A program made the position numbers and the translations under genes. The notes below the pieces were generated by a model that was not told the origin of the DNA, ran no database searches, and saw only the letters and a program-made list of their open reading frames with translations. Shown in pieces: positions 1-9,177 of a stretch of 38,118 nt of DNA. This DNA is from an uncultured virus (IMG/VR IMGVR_UViG_3300021559_000316) (Duplodnaviria > Heunggongvirae > Uroviricota > Caudoviricetes), in IMG/VR virus record IMGVR_UViG_3300021559_000316. The stretch is one strand, 5' to 3'. How positions within the stretch are numbered: position 1 is the stretch's first letter; each line of letters starts with the position of its first letter.

Positions 1-185
1 TGGGCGACGCACAGACCTTCTGGTACTGGCGTTGCTACGCCAGCGAGCTGGAGTGGGTCGCGAACGTGCTCTCGGTCGGTCTCGTACAGAAGGGCCTACC
101 GCCGATCTTGCCGTGGCTGCCAACCGCGCGCGGCACGCTCAAGTACGCCGAGATCGTCGGCGTCGAGGAGATCACTGCGTCGTGA
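1..185 (+). CDS. Hypothetical protein, 5' truncated by window
   Basis: Open frame 3 (GDAQTFWYWRCY...ITAS) ending TGA 183-185, overlapping next GTG. Confidence 0.6.
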   Translation, partial: GDAQTFWYWRCYASELEWVANVLSVGLVQKGLPPILPWLPTARGTLKYAEIVGVEEITAS

Positions 186-571
186 GCGACGATCGCGATC
201 CCCAGGCGAGGAAGCACCTGTCGATCCCCGATCGACAGCCGCAGCTCAGCTACGTCGTCCTGCCCGACGGCACGTCGACCGTCCGCTGCGCGTGCGGCTG
301 GCAGCTCCCGCCGGCGGCGCCGAGCCCGTTCGACCCGACCGAGGCGCTCGTCGCCGCGCAGGGCGAGCACCGCGCGTGTCCGCCACCGACGTCCCCCACG
401 CTGACCGATCTCGTCGATCGGGCAATCGCCGCGATCCGCGATCTCAACGATCGCTTCCTGCCGGCGCACACGCGGGAGCACGCCCTCGCCGCGCTCGATC
501 TGCTCCAGATTGCGCGCGCGGAGATCACCCTCGATCACGACGAGGATCCGTGCCGCCTGGTGATCTCGTGA
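182..571 (+). CDS. Hypothetical protein (CxC...H motif)
   Basis: GTGA overlap, GAGGAG upstream, VRCACGW motif. Confidence 0.6.
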   Translation: MSDDRDPQARKHLSIPDRQPQLSYVVLPDGTSTVRCACGWQLPPAAPSPFDPTEALVAAQGEHRACPPPTSPTLTDLVDRAIAAIRDLNDRFLPAHTREHALAALDLLQIARAEITLDHDEDPCRLVIS

Positions 572-702
572 TCCATCGCGACTACGACTACGACTACGTT
601 AGTGAGGCTCTGAAGGTCGTCTGGGGCGCGCTGATCAAAAATGCCTGGAAGCACCAGCGCGAGTTCATCGTCTTCCGCGCCAAGAAAGGAACACCGCCAT
701 GA
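568..702 (+). CDS. Small hypothetical protein
   Basis: GTGA/ATGA coupling at both ends. Confidence 0.4.
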   Translation: MIHRDYDYDYVSEALKVVWGALIKNAWKHQREFIVFRAKKGTPP

Positions 703-1019
703 AGAAAGCGATCTCCCTCCCCCTCATCGCGCTCGTCACCGCCTGCGCCGTCGCGCCGGCGGCCGAGACCACCCTGCTCGATCAGCGCGTCGAGCTCTAC
801 GCCGCGCCGACCGACGTCGCCGGCGACGCGTGGACGATCCGGCCCAGCGACTACCTGATCGATCGGCCCCTCCACGTGACGCGCTTCGTCTCGGCCGATG
901 GCGCCGCGATCGATCTCGACGCCACGATCCCGGCCGGCGGCGGGATCACCCTCCCCATCGCGGCGGCCGATCGCGTGATCGACGGATCGGGCCTCGCCAG
1001 CATCGAGGGCTGGTACTAA
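699..1019 (+). CDS. Predicted lipoprotein
   Basis: MKK + hydrophobic stretch + lipobox-like VTA-C; AAGGA RBS. Confidence 0.7.
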   Translation: MKKAISLPLIALVTACAVAPAAETTLLDQRVELYAAPTDVAGDAWTIRPSDYLIDRPLHVTRFVSADGAAIDLDATIPAGGGITLPIAAADRVIDGSGLASIEGWY

Positions 1020-1023
1020 GAAG

Positions 1024-1173
1024 ATGACCCTGCGCGAGCGAGCACACGCGATCGAGCTGCGCGCGTACATCTTCGTGAAGACGCTGCTCTTCGCACGACT
1101 GTACAAGATGCCCTGGCGCCGCGCCGCGCGCGTCGCGTGGGACAACGCCCTGCGCCCGGCGAGGGAGGATTGA
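1024..1173 (+). CDS. Small hypothetical protein (49 aa)
   Basis: ATG-TGA frame exactly filling the gap between neighbours. Confidence 0.45.
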   Translation: MTLRERAHAIELRAYIFVKTLLFARLYKMPWRRAARVAWDNALRPARED

Positions 1174-1500
1174 GTGTCTTTCACCTGCTACGCCTGCGTC
1201 GTGCGTCGCGGGCAGGCGCAGATCGCACGCCTGACGGAGTCCGAAGTCGTCGCGCGCGACGCCGCGCTGGGCGACAAGATCGATAGCGCCGTCGACGTGC
1301 TCGTTGCGGCGGGCATGACGCGAGAGCAGGCGAAGACGCGCGTCGACGAGCTGGCCACGCTGCCCGTCGAGATCCCGTCGTACTGGAAGATCGGCGATCA
1401 CGAGGCATGGCCCGGCGAGCAGGTCTGGCTCCCGGATTGGGGCGTATCGGTCGGGCCTTGCGAAGACTGCCGGAACGATCGACCGTGCAGGAACCTATGA
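1174..1500 (+). CDS. Hypothetical protein with terminal CxxC motifs
   Basis: GGAGG RBS; CYAC and CEDC. Confidence 0.65.
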   Translation: MSFTCYACVVRRGQAQIARLTESEVVARDAALGDKIDSAVDVLVAAGMTREQAKTRVDELATLPVEIPSYWKIGDHEAWPGEQVWLPDWGVSVGPCEDCRNDRPCRNL

Positions 1501-1763
1501 GCAAGGACGACGACGATCAGCTCGCGGAGTTCATGGCGCTGCGCCGGGCGCATGCCGAGCAGCACGCCGATCTCGTGATCGCTCGCGGGCAACCGATCGG
1601 TCGCGACGAGATCGTCGCCGCGTACGTCGCCGGCCACGAGCGCGCGGCGATCGTCGCCTCGGCGCTGCACCGGATCGAGACCGATCGCTTCCACCGCAAG
1701 CTCGACTTGCTCGGCGGGCGGATCCGCCTGCCGAGCATTCCGAGGGAGAAGACGACTCGATGA
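1497..1763 (+). CDS. Hypothetical protein
   Basis: ATGA overlap, MSKDDDDQL start. Confidence 0.6.
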   Translation: MSKDDDDQLAEFMALRRAHAEQHADLVIARGQPIGRDEIVAAYVAGHERAAIVASALHRIETDRFHRKLDLLGGRIRLPSIPREKTTR

Positions 1764-1987
1764 CGGTCGAAGACGCCGACAACGCCTGGCGCAAGATCAA
1801 GATCCGCGTCGTCTCGGACGACGAGATCCACTACTACGTCATCGAGCGCAACGGATCCTACGTGAGGCGCTACGTCCTCCACCGCGAGGAGGACGGTCGC
1901 TTCTACCCCTACAACAACAGGGGTCTGTTGGAGGGCCCACCCCTCACGATCGACCAGGCCCGCGAGCTGGAGAAAACGACGTGGTGA
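1760..1987 (+). CDS. Hypothetical protein
   Basis: ATGA overlap, GGGAG RBS. Confidence 0.65.
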   Translation: MTVEDADNAWRKIKIRVVSDDEIHYYVIERNGSYVRRYVLHREEDGRFYPYNNRGLLEGPPLTIDQARELEKTTW

Positions 1988-2040
1988 CCTGTCAGATCTG
2001 GGAACCGTCCGGCGTCAGGTGATCGAAAGGACACGACGCC

Positions 2041-2574
2041 ATGATCAAGCACCCCGACAGCCACCTCGATCACGCCCTCACCGAGGCGCAGATCACCCAC
2101 ATCATGAACCTGTACGGCCACCGCGATGGATTCTTCATCGCGACGTTCACGCTCCCGCCCGAGCTCGGCACCGTTCCGTGCGGGCTCTACGGCCCGACGA
2201 TGGGCGATCCGCCGATCGGAGAAGACGAGGCCGATCTGGCGCCGCGCGGATCGCGCGCCTGGAACTCGCGCCTCGTCGCGCGGCCGCCGCGCCAGGTCCG
2301 ACAGATCACCGTGATCGCCGGGCCGCACGAGGAAACGTGCACGACGTGCAACGGGGAACTCATCCACCTCGGCTTCGCGCCCGCGAAAGATCCATTCACG
2401 AACGGCGGGGTCGTGGGCTGCGATCACTGCAACAGTACGGGGAAGCTCAAGTACGACTGCATCCTCTATACCGCGTTCGGCGGACCGCCGGCGCCGCAGG
2501 AGCCGGGGGATCCGGGCTGCAAAGATCCCGAGGCGAGTGCCCGATTCTGGCGTAACCACGCGATCGCGAAGTAA
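2041..2574 (+). CDS. Hypothetical protein with DnaJ-type CxxCxG zinc-finger motifs
   Basis: CTTCNG and CDHCNSTG; AAGGA RBS. Confidence 0.7.
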   Translation: MIKHPDSHLDHALTEAQITHIMNLYGHRDGFFIATFTLPPELGTVPCGLYGPTMGDPPIGEDEADLAPRGSRAWNSRLVARPPRQVRQITVIAGPHEETCTTCNGELIHLGFAPAKDPFTNGGVVGCDHCNSTGKLKYDCILYTAFGGPPAPQEPGDPGCKDPEASARFWRNHAIAK

Positions 2575-2586
2575 CATCGGGGAGCC

Positions 2587-2844
2587 ATGGCGAAAAGCTT
2601 CTACAAGACCTTGATCGAGCTGGTCCCGCGCGATCAGATCGATCATCACGCGTCGGATCTCTACGTGCTCGACACGCCCGTCGCGCGCCTGGTGATCCGG
2701 CAGTTCGGCCGCGAGAGCAGCGGCTTCACGAGCCAGATCGACGGCAAGCGGTGGCTCGACGTGCCATTCGGGTACGAGCCGTTCTGGGAGAAGGCGTCGA
2801 AGCGCAAAGCTCGTGGTCTTCGCGTGACCTCGAAGGCGCGCTGA
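2587..2844 (+). CDS. Phage hypothetical protein (IDHHxSDLYV...WLDVPF motif)
   Basis: GGGAG RBS; motif recalled from phage hypothetical proteins; basic C-tail. Confidence 0.7.
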   Translation: MAKSFYKTLIELVPRDQIDHHASDLYVLDTPVARLVIRQFGRESSGFTSQIDGKRWLDVPFGYEPFWEKASKRKARGLRVTSKAR

Positions 2845-2854
2845 AAGGAACCCC

Positions 2855-3139
2855 ATGCCTGTTGGAAAGCCCTCCAAGACCCACCGCCCAATCGATCCGC
2901 CGCGCCGCGTGGAGATCCTGCAAGGCAGCGGTGGCAGCAACGCCTACTTCAAGCGCGGACAGTTCGCGTACGTGCTCGCGGCCAATACGGCGGGCGGCAT
3001 GTGGCTCGTCAACCGCGAGAGCGCGAGCGACTCGAAGCCCGGCGAGATCGCGTACCTCGTCTCGAAGACCAAGGGCATGCGCGGCGGCGCGCTGTGGTTC
3101 TCGGCCGACGCGCTGCGATTCACGGGCAGCCAAAAGTGA
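2855..3139 (+). CDS. Hypothetical protein
   Basis: AAGGA RBS, GC3-biased codons. Confidence 0.65.
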   Translation: MPVGKPSKTHRPIDPPRRVEILQGSGGSNAYFKRGQFAYVLAANTAGGMWLVNRESASDSKPGEIAYLVSKTKGMRGGALWFSADALRFTGSQK

Positions 3140-3161
3140 GCGGCGACGTCGAGCTGATCGC

Positions 3162-3398
3162 ATGAAGATCGCAACGATCTTCTTCGCGCACGCCGACGCC
3201 AAGCGCGCGTTCAGTGACGCACTGCGAGCGCGGATGTACACCGCTGGCTACGAGCCACACCAGGTCACCGACTGGTTCTACGCGTGGTTCTTGCCGAAGA
3301 AGCGCGCGGTGATCTCGGGTACGGAGGACGTCGAGCGCGCCGCCGACGTCGCGCTCGGGATCCGTGGCGTGATGGTAAAGATCGAGGAGATTCCATGA
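3162..3398 (+). CDS. Hypothetical protein
   Basis: Internal ATG of ORF 2751..3398; coupled to next gene. Confidence 0.6.
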   Translation: MKIATIFFAHADAKRAFSDALRARMYTAGYEPHQVTDWFYAWFLPKKRAVISGTEDVERAADVALGIRGVMVKIEEIP

Positions 3399-3622
3399 CC
3401 GATAACGGCCGCCCGAACATCGCCCAGACCAAGGTGTCCGACCAGGAGCTCAAGCTCATCAAGGCCGCCGCGAAGGCACAGGACACGACCGTCGCGGCGC
3501 TCCTCCGCGACGCCGTGCTCGCGTACGTCGGCGCGCCGGGCGAGGGGCCATCATTCGTGAGCCGCATCGAGAAGCTCGAGGGGCAAGTACGTGAACTCGC
3601 GAAGCGCGGTAAGACGACATAG
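3395..3622 (+). CDS. Ribbon-helix-helix (Arc/CopG-like) DNA-binding protein
   Basis: TKVSDQELKLIKAAAKAQDTTVAALLRDAV pattern plus coiled-coil tail; GAGGAG RBS. Confidence 0.7.
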   Translation: MTDNGRPNIAQTKVSDQELKLIKAAAKAQDTTVAALLRDAVLAYVGAPGEGPSFVSRIEKLEGQVRELAKRGKTT

Positions 3623-3631
3623 GATAGACCC

Positions 3632-3892
3632 ATGGCGAAGAATCGGGTCCAGTACGTCGCCGACCTCGCGGCACCGAAGCACATCGAAGAGATCGAGTGC
3701 GACGTCGCGAGCGGAGGCGCCCCGGTCCTGGGCCTCTGCGAGCTGCGCCGCTTCGGCAGGCCCATCACGCAGTTCGTCGTCTCCCCCGCGCAGCGCCTCA
3801 AGATCAAGCGGCGCGCGGGCAAGCTCAACGTCACCGACAAGATGATCGAGAGCGCCTACTACGCCAAGAAGGGCTACTGGTACAAGCACTAG
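3632..3892 (+). CDS. Hypothetical protein
   Basis: AGGA RBS, GC3-biased codons. Confidence 0.65.
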   Translation: MAKNRVQYVADLAAPKHIEEIECDVASGGAPVLGLCELRRFGRPITQFVVSPAQRLKIKRRAGKLNVTDKMIESAYYAKKGYWYKH

Positions 3893-3907
3893 GCGAGGTC
3901 ATTTTCG

Positions 3908-4135
3908 ATGGGACTCATCTTCAAAGTACCAGCGCTCAAGAGATACCCGCGCGATCTCTACCGTGTGCGCACCGGCGACGGACGCAACTACGTCTACTTC
4001 GATACGGAAAAGGAGGCGCGCGAGCACGCGAAATACGCGATCCGCGTCGGCGCAACGAAGGCGTGCGTTGACGTCGCTCCGCCCAGCGGCACGTTTGTGC
4101 AGATCGCCTGCATGCGACGAAGGAAGCGTCGATGA
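3908..4135 (+). CDS. Hypothetical protein, basic C-tail
   Basis: GAGG RBS; ends RRRKRR; ATGA overlap. Confidence 0.65.
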   Translation: MGLIFKVPALKRYPRDLYRVRTGDGRNYVYFDTEKEAREHAKYAIRVGATKACVDVAPPSGTFVQIACMRRRKRR

Positions 4136-4581
4136 AGACCGCAGCCGAGCTCAATCGCGACATCGACACCTCCATCCGCGAGAAGTCGCTGCCGAAGCGC
4201 CTCAAGTACGGCGATTACGTCGCAACGTTCGTAGAGATCGCCCATCCCGGCACGTCTCACGCGTCGGCAAAGTGGAAAATCACCCGGCGCGGCAAGGAAG
4301 TCGGGACGATGCACGAGGGATCGGCGTATGGCTGGGGGCGCCCCACTACGACGATGCGCCAGCTCGTCTGGAGCGGCGTGATGCCGCCCGGCGAGAGCGA
4401 TCCACGAACACCCGAGTACGGCATCGGATTCGACCAAGGACCGAGCGATTCGCACGCGACCGCGATCGCAAAGTTTGCGAAGGCGGCCGATCGACTGATC
4501 GCGTGGCGCCACAAGCACGGCTATGCGGCGATGGGCCACACGCGCGGGGGCAAGGCGAAGCGAAAGACGGGTAGGGGTTAG
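4132..4581 (+). CDS. Leader-motif protein 1 (MKTAAELNRDIDTSI)
   Basis: Shared N-terminal motif; unique body. Confidence 0.8.
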   Translation: MKTAAELNRDIDTSIREKSLPKRLKYGDYVATFVEIAHPGTSHASAKWKITRRGKEVGTMHEGSAYGWGRPTTTMRQLVWSGVMPPGESDPRTPEYGIGFDQGPSDSHATAIAKFAKAADRLIAWRHKHGYAAMGHTRGGKAKRKTGRG

Positions 4582-4584
4582 ACG

Positions 4585-4779
4585 ATGAACAAGGCGCGTC
4601 CATCACAACGTTTCAAGGTCGGTGATCGCGTCCAGATCCCCGCGTGGCACGACGACTGGATGCGCGGTGATCGCTATGGCGAGATCATCTGGGTCGGGAA
4701 GGTGGACACGGTGCGCGTCCTCTATGACAAGAGCGCCCGCGTCCGCCGCTGGAACGCCGACTTCTTGACGAAGGTCTGA
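4585..4779 (+). CDS. Small SH3/KOW-like beta-barrel protein
   Basis: FKVGDRVQI...GEIIWVG...VRVLYD. Confidence 0.65.
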   Translation: MNKARPSQRFKVGDRVQIPAWHDDWMRGDRYGEIIWVGKVDTVRVLYDKSARVRRWNADFLTKV

Positions 4780-4782
4780 GCG

Positions 4783-5160
4783 ATGGCGAAATCCCCCCAA
4801 CAGCTCCAACGCGAGATCGACGAGTTCCTCGCGAAGCCGAAGAAGCTCGGCGATCCCGCGTACGAGCGCGAGTGGGCCGATCTACTCGCGGAGAAACACG
4901 CCAAGGCGCGTATGCCGACGATCGACGAGCTCGCGCGCGCGCTCCGCTACCTCGAGAACGAGTACGTCCTCAAGGGAAAGATCGACTCAGAGCAGTGGGC
5001 GGAGGGACTCGCGTTCGGTCGTTACGCGGGCGACGCGGAGAACAAGCATCAGGCGAGGGAGATGCTCGGGCAGCTCTCAACTGGTCAGTGGTTGCGCATC
5101 GCCGAGCGCGCCAACTACCTCGCGCGCGAACAAGACGAAGCTCCGAGGTATCTCAAATGA
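4783..5160 (+). CDS. Leader-motif protein 2 (MAKSPQQLQREIDEFL)
   Basis: Shared N-terminal motif. Confidence 0.8.
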   Translation: MAKSPQQLQREIDEFLAKPKKLGDPAYEREWADLLAEKHAKARMPTIDELARALRYLENEYVLKGKIDSEQWAEGLAFGRYAGDAENKHQAREMLGQLSTGQWLRIAERANYLAREQDEAPRYLK

Positions 5161-5462
5161 CGAAGAGCGACAAGCAGCTCGCCAGCGACATCTCTCGGAC
5201 GATCATCGCATCGATCGATCTCGATCGCGGCAACTACCGCGTCACCGTCGCGATCGATCCCACGCGCGGCGGCTACCTCGCGCGGCTCATCAGCATGGGC
5301 ATCGGCACGCTCATGTCGGCCGACGGCCCCACGCCGCAGGCGGCGGGCACCCGCCTCGCGAAGAGCATGCGAGAGGGTGCCCTGGACGCGAAAGATCGCG
5401 CGCTGGCCAAGGAGCTCAAGCAGCGGCTCGAGACGTATCAACACAGCTGGGGAGCGCGCTGA
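5157..5462 (+). CDS. Leader-motif protein 3 (MTKSDKQLASDISRTI)
   Basis: ATGA overlap; shared motif. Confidence 0.75.
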   Translation: MTKSDKQLASDISRTIIASIDLDRGNYRVTVAIDPTRGGYLARLISMGIGTLMSADGPTPQAAGTRLAKSMREGALDAKDRALAKELKQRLETYQHSWGAR

Positions 5463-5701
5463 TGGCGAAGCGATGGGCAGCGGCCGCCGGCGCCGCACAA
5501 CAAATCAAGACCGCCTCGGCCGACTTCTCCAAGGAAGTCCGCGCCGGCCTCCTCAAGCGCGGTATCAAGTTCGTCGGCACGACGTGGCTGCCCGACGAGA
5601 AGGGCAATTACGCGAACGGCATGCGCGGCTACCTGCTCGACGACAACGGCAAGGGTCTGGTACGCGACTACGGCGGCGTGCTCCGGCTCGCGGGGTTCTG
5701 A
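5462..5701 (+). CDS. Hypothetical protein
   Basis: TGATG overlap, GGGAG RBS. Confidence 0.7.
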   Translation: MAKRWAAAAGAAQQIKTASADFSKEVRAGLLKRGIKFVGTTWLPDEKGNYANGMRGYLLDDNGKGLVRDYGGVLRLAGF

Positions 5702-5703
5702 TC

Positions 5704-6054
5704 ATGGCGAAGAGCGGAAAGCAGCTCGATCGTGAGGTCGATGCCTTCATCGAGCGATCCCTCGCGAAGAAGCGCAAGAGCGGCAAGGTCAAGCCGCATC
5801 TCCACGTCCGTTACCGCCTCCAGCTCACCCCAAGCGAGCTGCGCGCGGTCGAATTCGCGCGCGGTCGCTACGCATGGCCGGACATGCTCTCCGCGCACGC
5901 GACGGAGAGCGGCCTGGTTGCGTTCACCGAGCCGCAGATGTGGCAGTGGACGGACGATGTCGATAGCGACACGGAGGGTGGCCACTCGCCGTTCCCGCTC
6001 GCGTCTGGCGCGTTCGCGGAGAAGCTCCAGCGCTTCTACGACGAGAGGATCTAG
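5704..6054 (+). CDS. Leader-motif protein 4 (MAKSGKQLDREVDAFI)
   Basis: Internal ATG of ORF 5377..6054; shared motif. Confidence 0.8.
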   Translation: MAKSGKQLDREVDAFIERSLAKKRKSGKVKPHLHVRYRLQLTPSELRAVEFARGRYAWPDMLSAHATESGLVAFTEPQMWQWTDDVDSDTEGGHSPFPLASGAFAEKLQRFYDERI

Positions 6055-6345
6055 ATGACGCGCGAGAAGACCAAAGCTCAGCTCGATCGTGAGATCGAGG
6101 CATTTGTCGGAGGTCGTCCTCGGCGCATCGTCCAGCTCGCCGCGAAGATGACCAAAGTCAAGATGGCCAAGCACTGGCTCGCGCACGACGAGCGCGGCAC
6201 CTTCGAGAAGATGGCAGCGCGGCTGCTTGAGGCGTCGGCCGCGCGCGCGAAAGAACTCGGGATGACCGACGCAGCAGTCGACGAGGCGACCGCGATCGAA
6301 GTCCTACTCGCCGCGCTGAAAGCCGTGGGAAAGCACCAACACTGA
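6055..6345 (+). CDS. Leader-motif protein 5 (MTREKTKAQLDREIEAFV)
   Basis: TAG-ATG abutting, GAGG RBS; shared motif. Confidence 0.8.
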   Translation: MTREKTKAQLDREIEAFVGGRPRRIVQLAAKMTKVKMAKHWLAHDERGTFEKMAARLLEASAARAKELGMTDAAVDEATAIEVLLAALKAVGKHQH

Positions 6346-6350
6346 ACACC

Positions 6351-6554
6351 ATGGCGAAGAAACCGACCATCGCGTACTGGATCCGGAGCCGCGACGCCGG
6401 CGGCAAGGTCGTCGAGCCCGTCTACGTATATGGCACGTGCCGCCGCGCGGACGAGGGCATGGTCGGCTACGACCTGCGTGTGCGGCCGCTTCGCCTCGGC
6501 AAGGGGCCCTACACGATGGTCGTCTCGCCGGACGACATCGAGGAGACACCGTGA
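6351..6554 (+). CDS. Hypothetical protein
   Basis: MAKK start, fills operon gap. Confidence 0.65.
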   Translation: MAKKPTIAYWIRSRDAGGKVVEPVYVYGTCRRADEGMVGYDLRVRPLRLGKGPYTMVVSPDDIEETP

Positions 6555-6847
6555 CCGGACCCTGCACCGTCGCGAAGTACCTCGAAGTCCTCTCGCACGC
6601 GCTCGTGCGCTACGACATGGCGACGAGTGCGCGCGAAGCCAAGCGCGGCCGCGTCAACATCTACCGCATGGGCCTCCTGATGGAGGCGCTCCAGCGCGTA
6701 CGGGCGGCGGTCGGCTCGCACACATCGGACAGCGAGGCGGACAAGGCCGCCTTCCGCGCGGCGATGTACGAATACTTCGAGCTTAACTTCCCGCCCGTGA
6801 AGAAGGTGATCAAGCAGCTCGAGGCGGGGACCTGCAAGATCAAATGA
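6551..6847 (+). CDS. Hypothetical helical protein
   Basis: GTGA overlap, AGGAG RBS. Confidence 0.7.
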   Translation: MTGPCTVAKYLEVLSHALVRYDMATSAREAKRGRVNIYRMGLLMEALQRVRAAVGSHTSDSEADKAAFRAAMYEYFELNFPPVKKVIKQLEAGTCKIK

Positions 6848-6861
6848 CGAGGTACTGATCC

Positions 6862-7077
6862 ATGGCCAAGTCATCTAAGCAGCTCGACCGCGAGATCGAC
6901 GAGGCGGTCTACAAGTTCCGCGTGACCGTTCGCGTGGAGGGCGCCCCTAAGCCGGTGTGGACATCATCTTGGATGCCGACGAAGGAACAGGCCAATCGCT
7001 TGGCCGCCGCATATCGAGATACGGTTCGCAATCGTGGCTGGACGCACAAAGTCGAGATCGAGCGGATCCTGAAATGA
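6862..7077 (+). CDS. Leader-motif protein 6 (MAKSSKQLDREIDEAV)
   Basis: GAGG RBS; shared motif. Confidence 0.8.
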   Translation: MAKSSKQLDREIDEAVYKFRVTVRVEGAPKPVWTSSWMPTKEQANRLAAAYRDTVRNRGWTHKVEIERILK

Positions 7078-7307
7078 AGTATCCGCCCAAACGACACGGC
7101 AAGCGCAACGACGAGAGCCTCGGCGTCGCCCACGTGCTCCGCCTCGTCGCGAAGCGCGACTCGAGCGATCTCGGCATCGACCGCGGCATGCGCGTGCTCG
7201 TGACGCGCTACCGCGGCAACCGCATGGACCTGTACGTACCCGCGATCGACGCCGACATCCTCGGTGTGCCGATCAACCATCCTGATCTGGAGATCGCGTC
7301 GCGATGA
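7074..7307 (+). CDS. Hypothetical protein
   Basis: ATGA overlaps at both ends. Confidence 0.65.
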   Translation: MKYPPKRHGKRNDESLGVAHVLRLVAKRDSSDLGIDRGMRVLVTRYRGNRMDLYVPAIDADILGVPINHPDLEIASR

Positions 7308-7588
7308 AGCGTGAGCCGATCACCGGTGATCTAGCCAAGCGCATCCCGCGCTTCGACTTCATCGCGCACTACCTCGTCGTGGCGACCGCGAAGAAGCAGG
7401 ATCGCGGGCCGCTCAATTACCGCGTGCGCCGCGTGGGCGGCGAGTGGCGGATCGAGGCCGGGCGCGATCCCGTCGTCGTGTACGCGACGACGGACACCGG
7501 CAAGCTGTTCGACTACGCGAGGCGTACCGAGCTCGGTCACTACACGCGGGCCGCCGACTTGTTCCGCGAAGAGGCATATCTCGGATGA
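7304..7588 (+). CDS. Hypothetical protein
   Basis: ATGA overlap, GGAG RBS. Confidence 0.65.
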   Translation: MKREPITGDLAKRIPRFDFIAHYLVVATAKKQDRGPLNYRVRRVGGEWRIEAGRDPVVVYATTDTGKLFDYARRTELGHYTRAADLFREEAYLG

Positions 7589-7995
7589 GCTACAAGTCAT
7601 CAGATATCGTCGCCGAGACCGACAACCACTTCGCAATTCGCGTCAAGAATGGTTTCGAGATCTATCGCCGGGGACTCACGCACGCCACGCGCGTCGCGCA
7701 GATCGGTTGGACTGGCAAAGAAGGTCTAGAGCGCACGCGCAAGGAGATCGCGCGTCGTGAGGCTCCCCAAAAGAAGACTACGAGCAAAGAAGCTCGGTTC
7801 GTCGACTACCTGCTCAACTTCTACGGCACCGGCGGTATCTACACGACACCGGGCGATCCATTCCACCGGCCGATGACGCGCGAAGAAGCGCAGAGCGCCG
7901 CGACAGTTCTCACCGCGCGCGAGGACTTCGAGGGCGACACGTTCGATCGCGAGAAGGCACGCGACCTTGTGCTCACTTGGCGAGGCAAACAATGA
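7585..7995 (+). CDS. Hypothetical protein, possibly two small domains
   Basis: ATGA overlap, GAGG RBS; internal KKTTSK linker. Confidence 0.7.
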   Translation: MSYKSSDIVAETDNHFAIRVKNGFEIYRRGLTHATRVAQIGWTGKEGLERTRKEIARREAPQKKTTSKEARFVDYLLNFYGTGGIYTTPGDPFHRPMTREEAQSAATVLTAREDFEGDTFDREKARDLVLTWRGKQ

Positions 7996-8249
7996 GCAAG
8001 ATCGCAAAAGAGATCAACGAAGCTCTCTCGTCGACCAAGATCTGGAAGCGCGACGAGTGGCGCGCCCCTGGCAAGCCAGTGAAGGTCGTGTGGAAGTACG
8101 TGCGCACCGTGCCCGTCGAGGAGGCCGCGCAATGGCTCGCGATCTTCCAGAAGGACGAGCCGCACGAGACGTTCGTCCTCGCCCCCACCAAGCCGCGCGG
8201 TCAGAACGTGAAGGTGAAGTTCTTGACCGGGCCGGGGATGACGTGCTGA
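7992..8249 (+). CDS. Leader-motif protein 7, shortened motif (MSKIAKEINEAL)
   Basis: ATGA overlap; partial motif. Confidence 0.7.
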   Translation: MSKIAKEINEALSSTKIWKRDEWRAPGKPVKVVWKYVRTVPVEEAAQWLAIFQKDEPHETFVLAPTKPRGQNVKVKFLTGPGMTC

Positions 8250-8548
8250 TGGCGAAGAAGAAGAGCGCCAAGCAGCTCGAGCGCGACATCGCCGACTCGC
8301 TCGCCACGACCCAGGTGCGCGAGCGGTTCGGCCCCAAGGTCGCCGACGCGATCGAGCGCTACCCGGGACGGTACGTCGCGGTCGCGTGGACGTTCGACGC
8401 CGCCGTACTCGCCGCTGCCGGCGCTGATCCTGGCCGCGCTTACCAGGAGGCCAACTACACCAAGACCGATATGCCGGGGCTGCTCGCCTCGCTGCGGAAG
8501 CACGGAGTACGATCGATAACCGTGAACGATCGCGAAGTGGAGCTATAG
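8249..8548 (+). CDS. Leader-motif protein 8 (MAKKKSAKQLERDIADSL)
   Basis: TGATG overlap; shared motif. Confidence 0.8.
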   Translation: MAKKKSAKQLERDIADSLATTQVRERFGPKVADAIERYPGRYVAVAWTFDAAVLAAAGADPGRAYQEANYTKTDMPGLLASLRKHGVRSITVNDREVEL

Positions 8549-8582
8549 CCATGGCGACGAAGAAGACCCGAGGGGTGTCGTC

Positions 8583-8780
8583 GTGAAATACCGGGTGAAC
8601 TTCGGCCAAGGGCAGGTCTCGCACACGCTGAAGTCGGCGGCGGAGGCGAAACGCTACATCGAGCAGTCAAAACGGTACGGCAGCGATCCGTACGTCCACC
8701 GCTACTTCATCGAATTCTGGGATCCGGCTGGCGGTTGGTTTCCAGTCGCACCTCATGCAGTGAAGAGCAAACGGCAATGA
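8583..8780 (+). CDS. Hypothetical protein
   Basis: GAGGGG RBS before GTG; ATGA overlap downstream. Confidence 0.65.
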   Translation: MKYRVNFGQGQVSHTLKSAAEAKRYIEQSKRYGSDPYVHRYFIEFWDPAGGWFPVAPHAVKSKRQ

Positions 8781-9175
8781 AGAAGAAAACCGCCAAGCAG
8801 CTCGAACGCGAGATCGACGCCGCCCTCATGATCGGCCGCCACGTCAAGTCCGCGTGGCACGGCCTCGCCGACGGTGAGATCCTCAAGTGGGAGCCGTTCG
8901 GCGCGGACGTGCTCGTGCGCGACGTCGCGACAGGCAAAGAGAGCTGGTACGCGAGCTACGGTCTCACCCCGATCGACGGCAAGGGGCCGCTGCCATCACG
9001 AAGCAAGGCACAGGAGCGCAACCGGCAGGCGATGGTGACCTCGCTCGAGGCGATCCGCGCACAGCACGTCAAGGAGTGGCACAAACCGTGGCCAGGAGCG
9101 GAGCACGGCAAAGCGATCCTCGGACGATCGATCGACGCGGCGCTCGCGGACGTGCGCAAGACCAAGAAACGCTAG
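8777..9175 (+). CDS. Leader-motif protein 9 (MKKKTAKQLEREIDAAL)
   Basis: ATGA overlap; shared motif; basic C-tail. Confidence 0.8.
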   Translation: MKKKTAKQLEREIDAALMIGRHVKSAWHGLADGEILKWEPFGADVLVRDVATGKESWYASYGLTPIDGKGPLPSRSKAQERNRQAMVTSLEAIRAQHVKEWHKPWPGAEHGKAILGRSIDAALADVRKTKKR

Positions 9176-9177
9176 CG

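Noticed and set aside
580..597. GACTAC x3 microsatellite
   Set aside because: Only three in-frame units (DYDYDY); no evidence of phase variation
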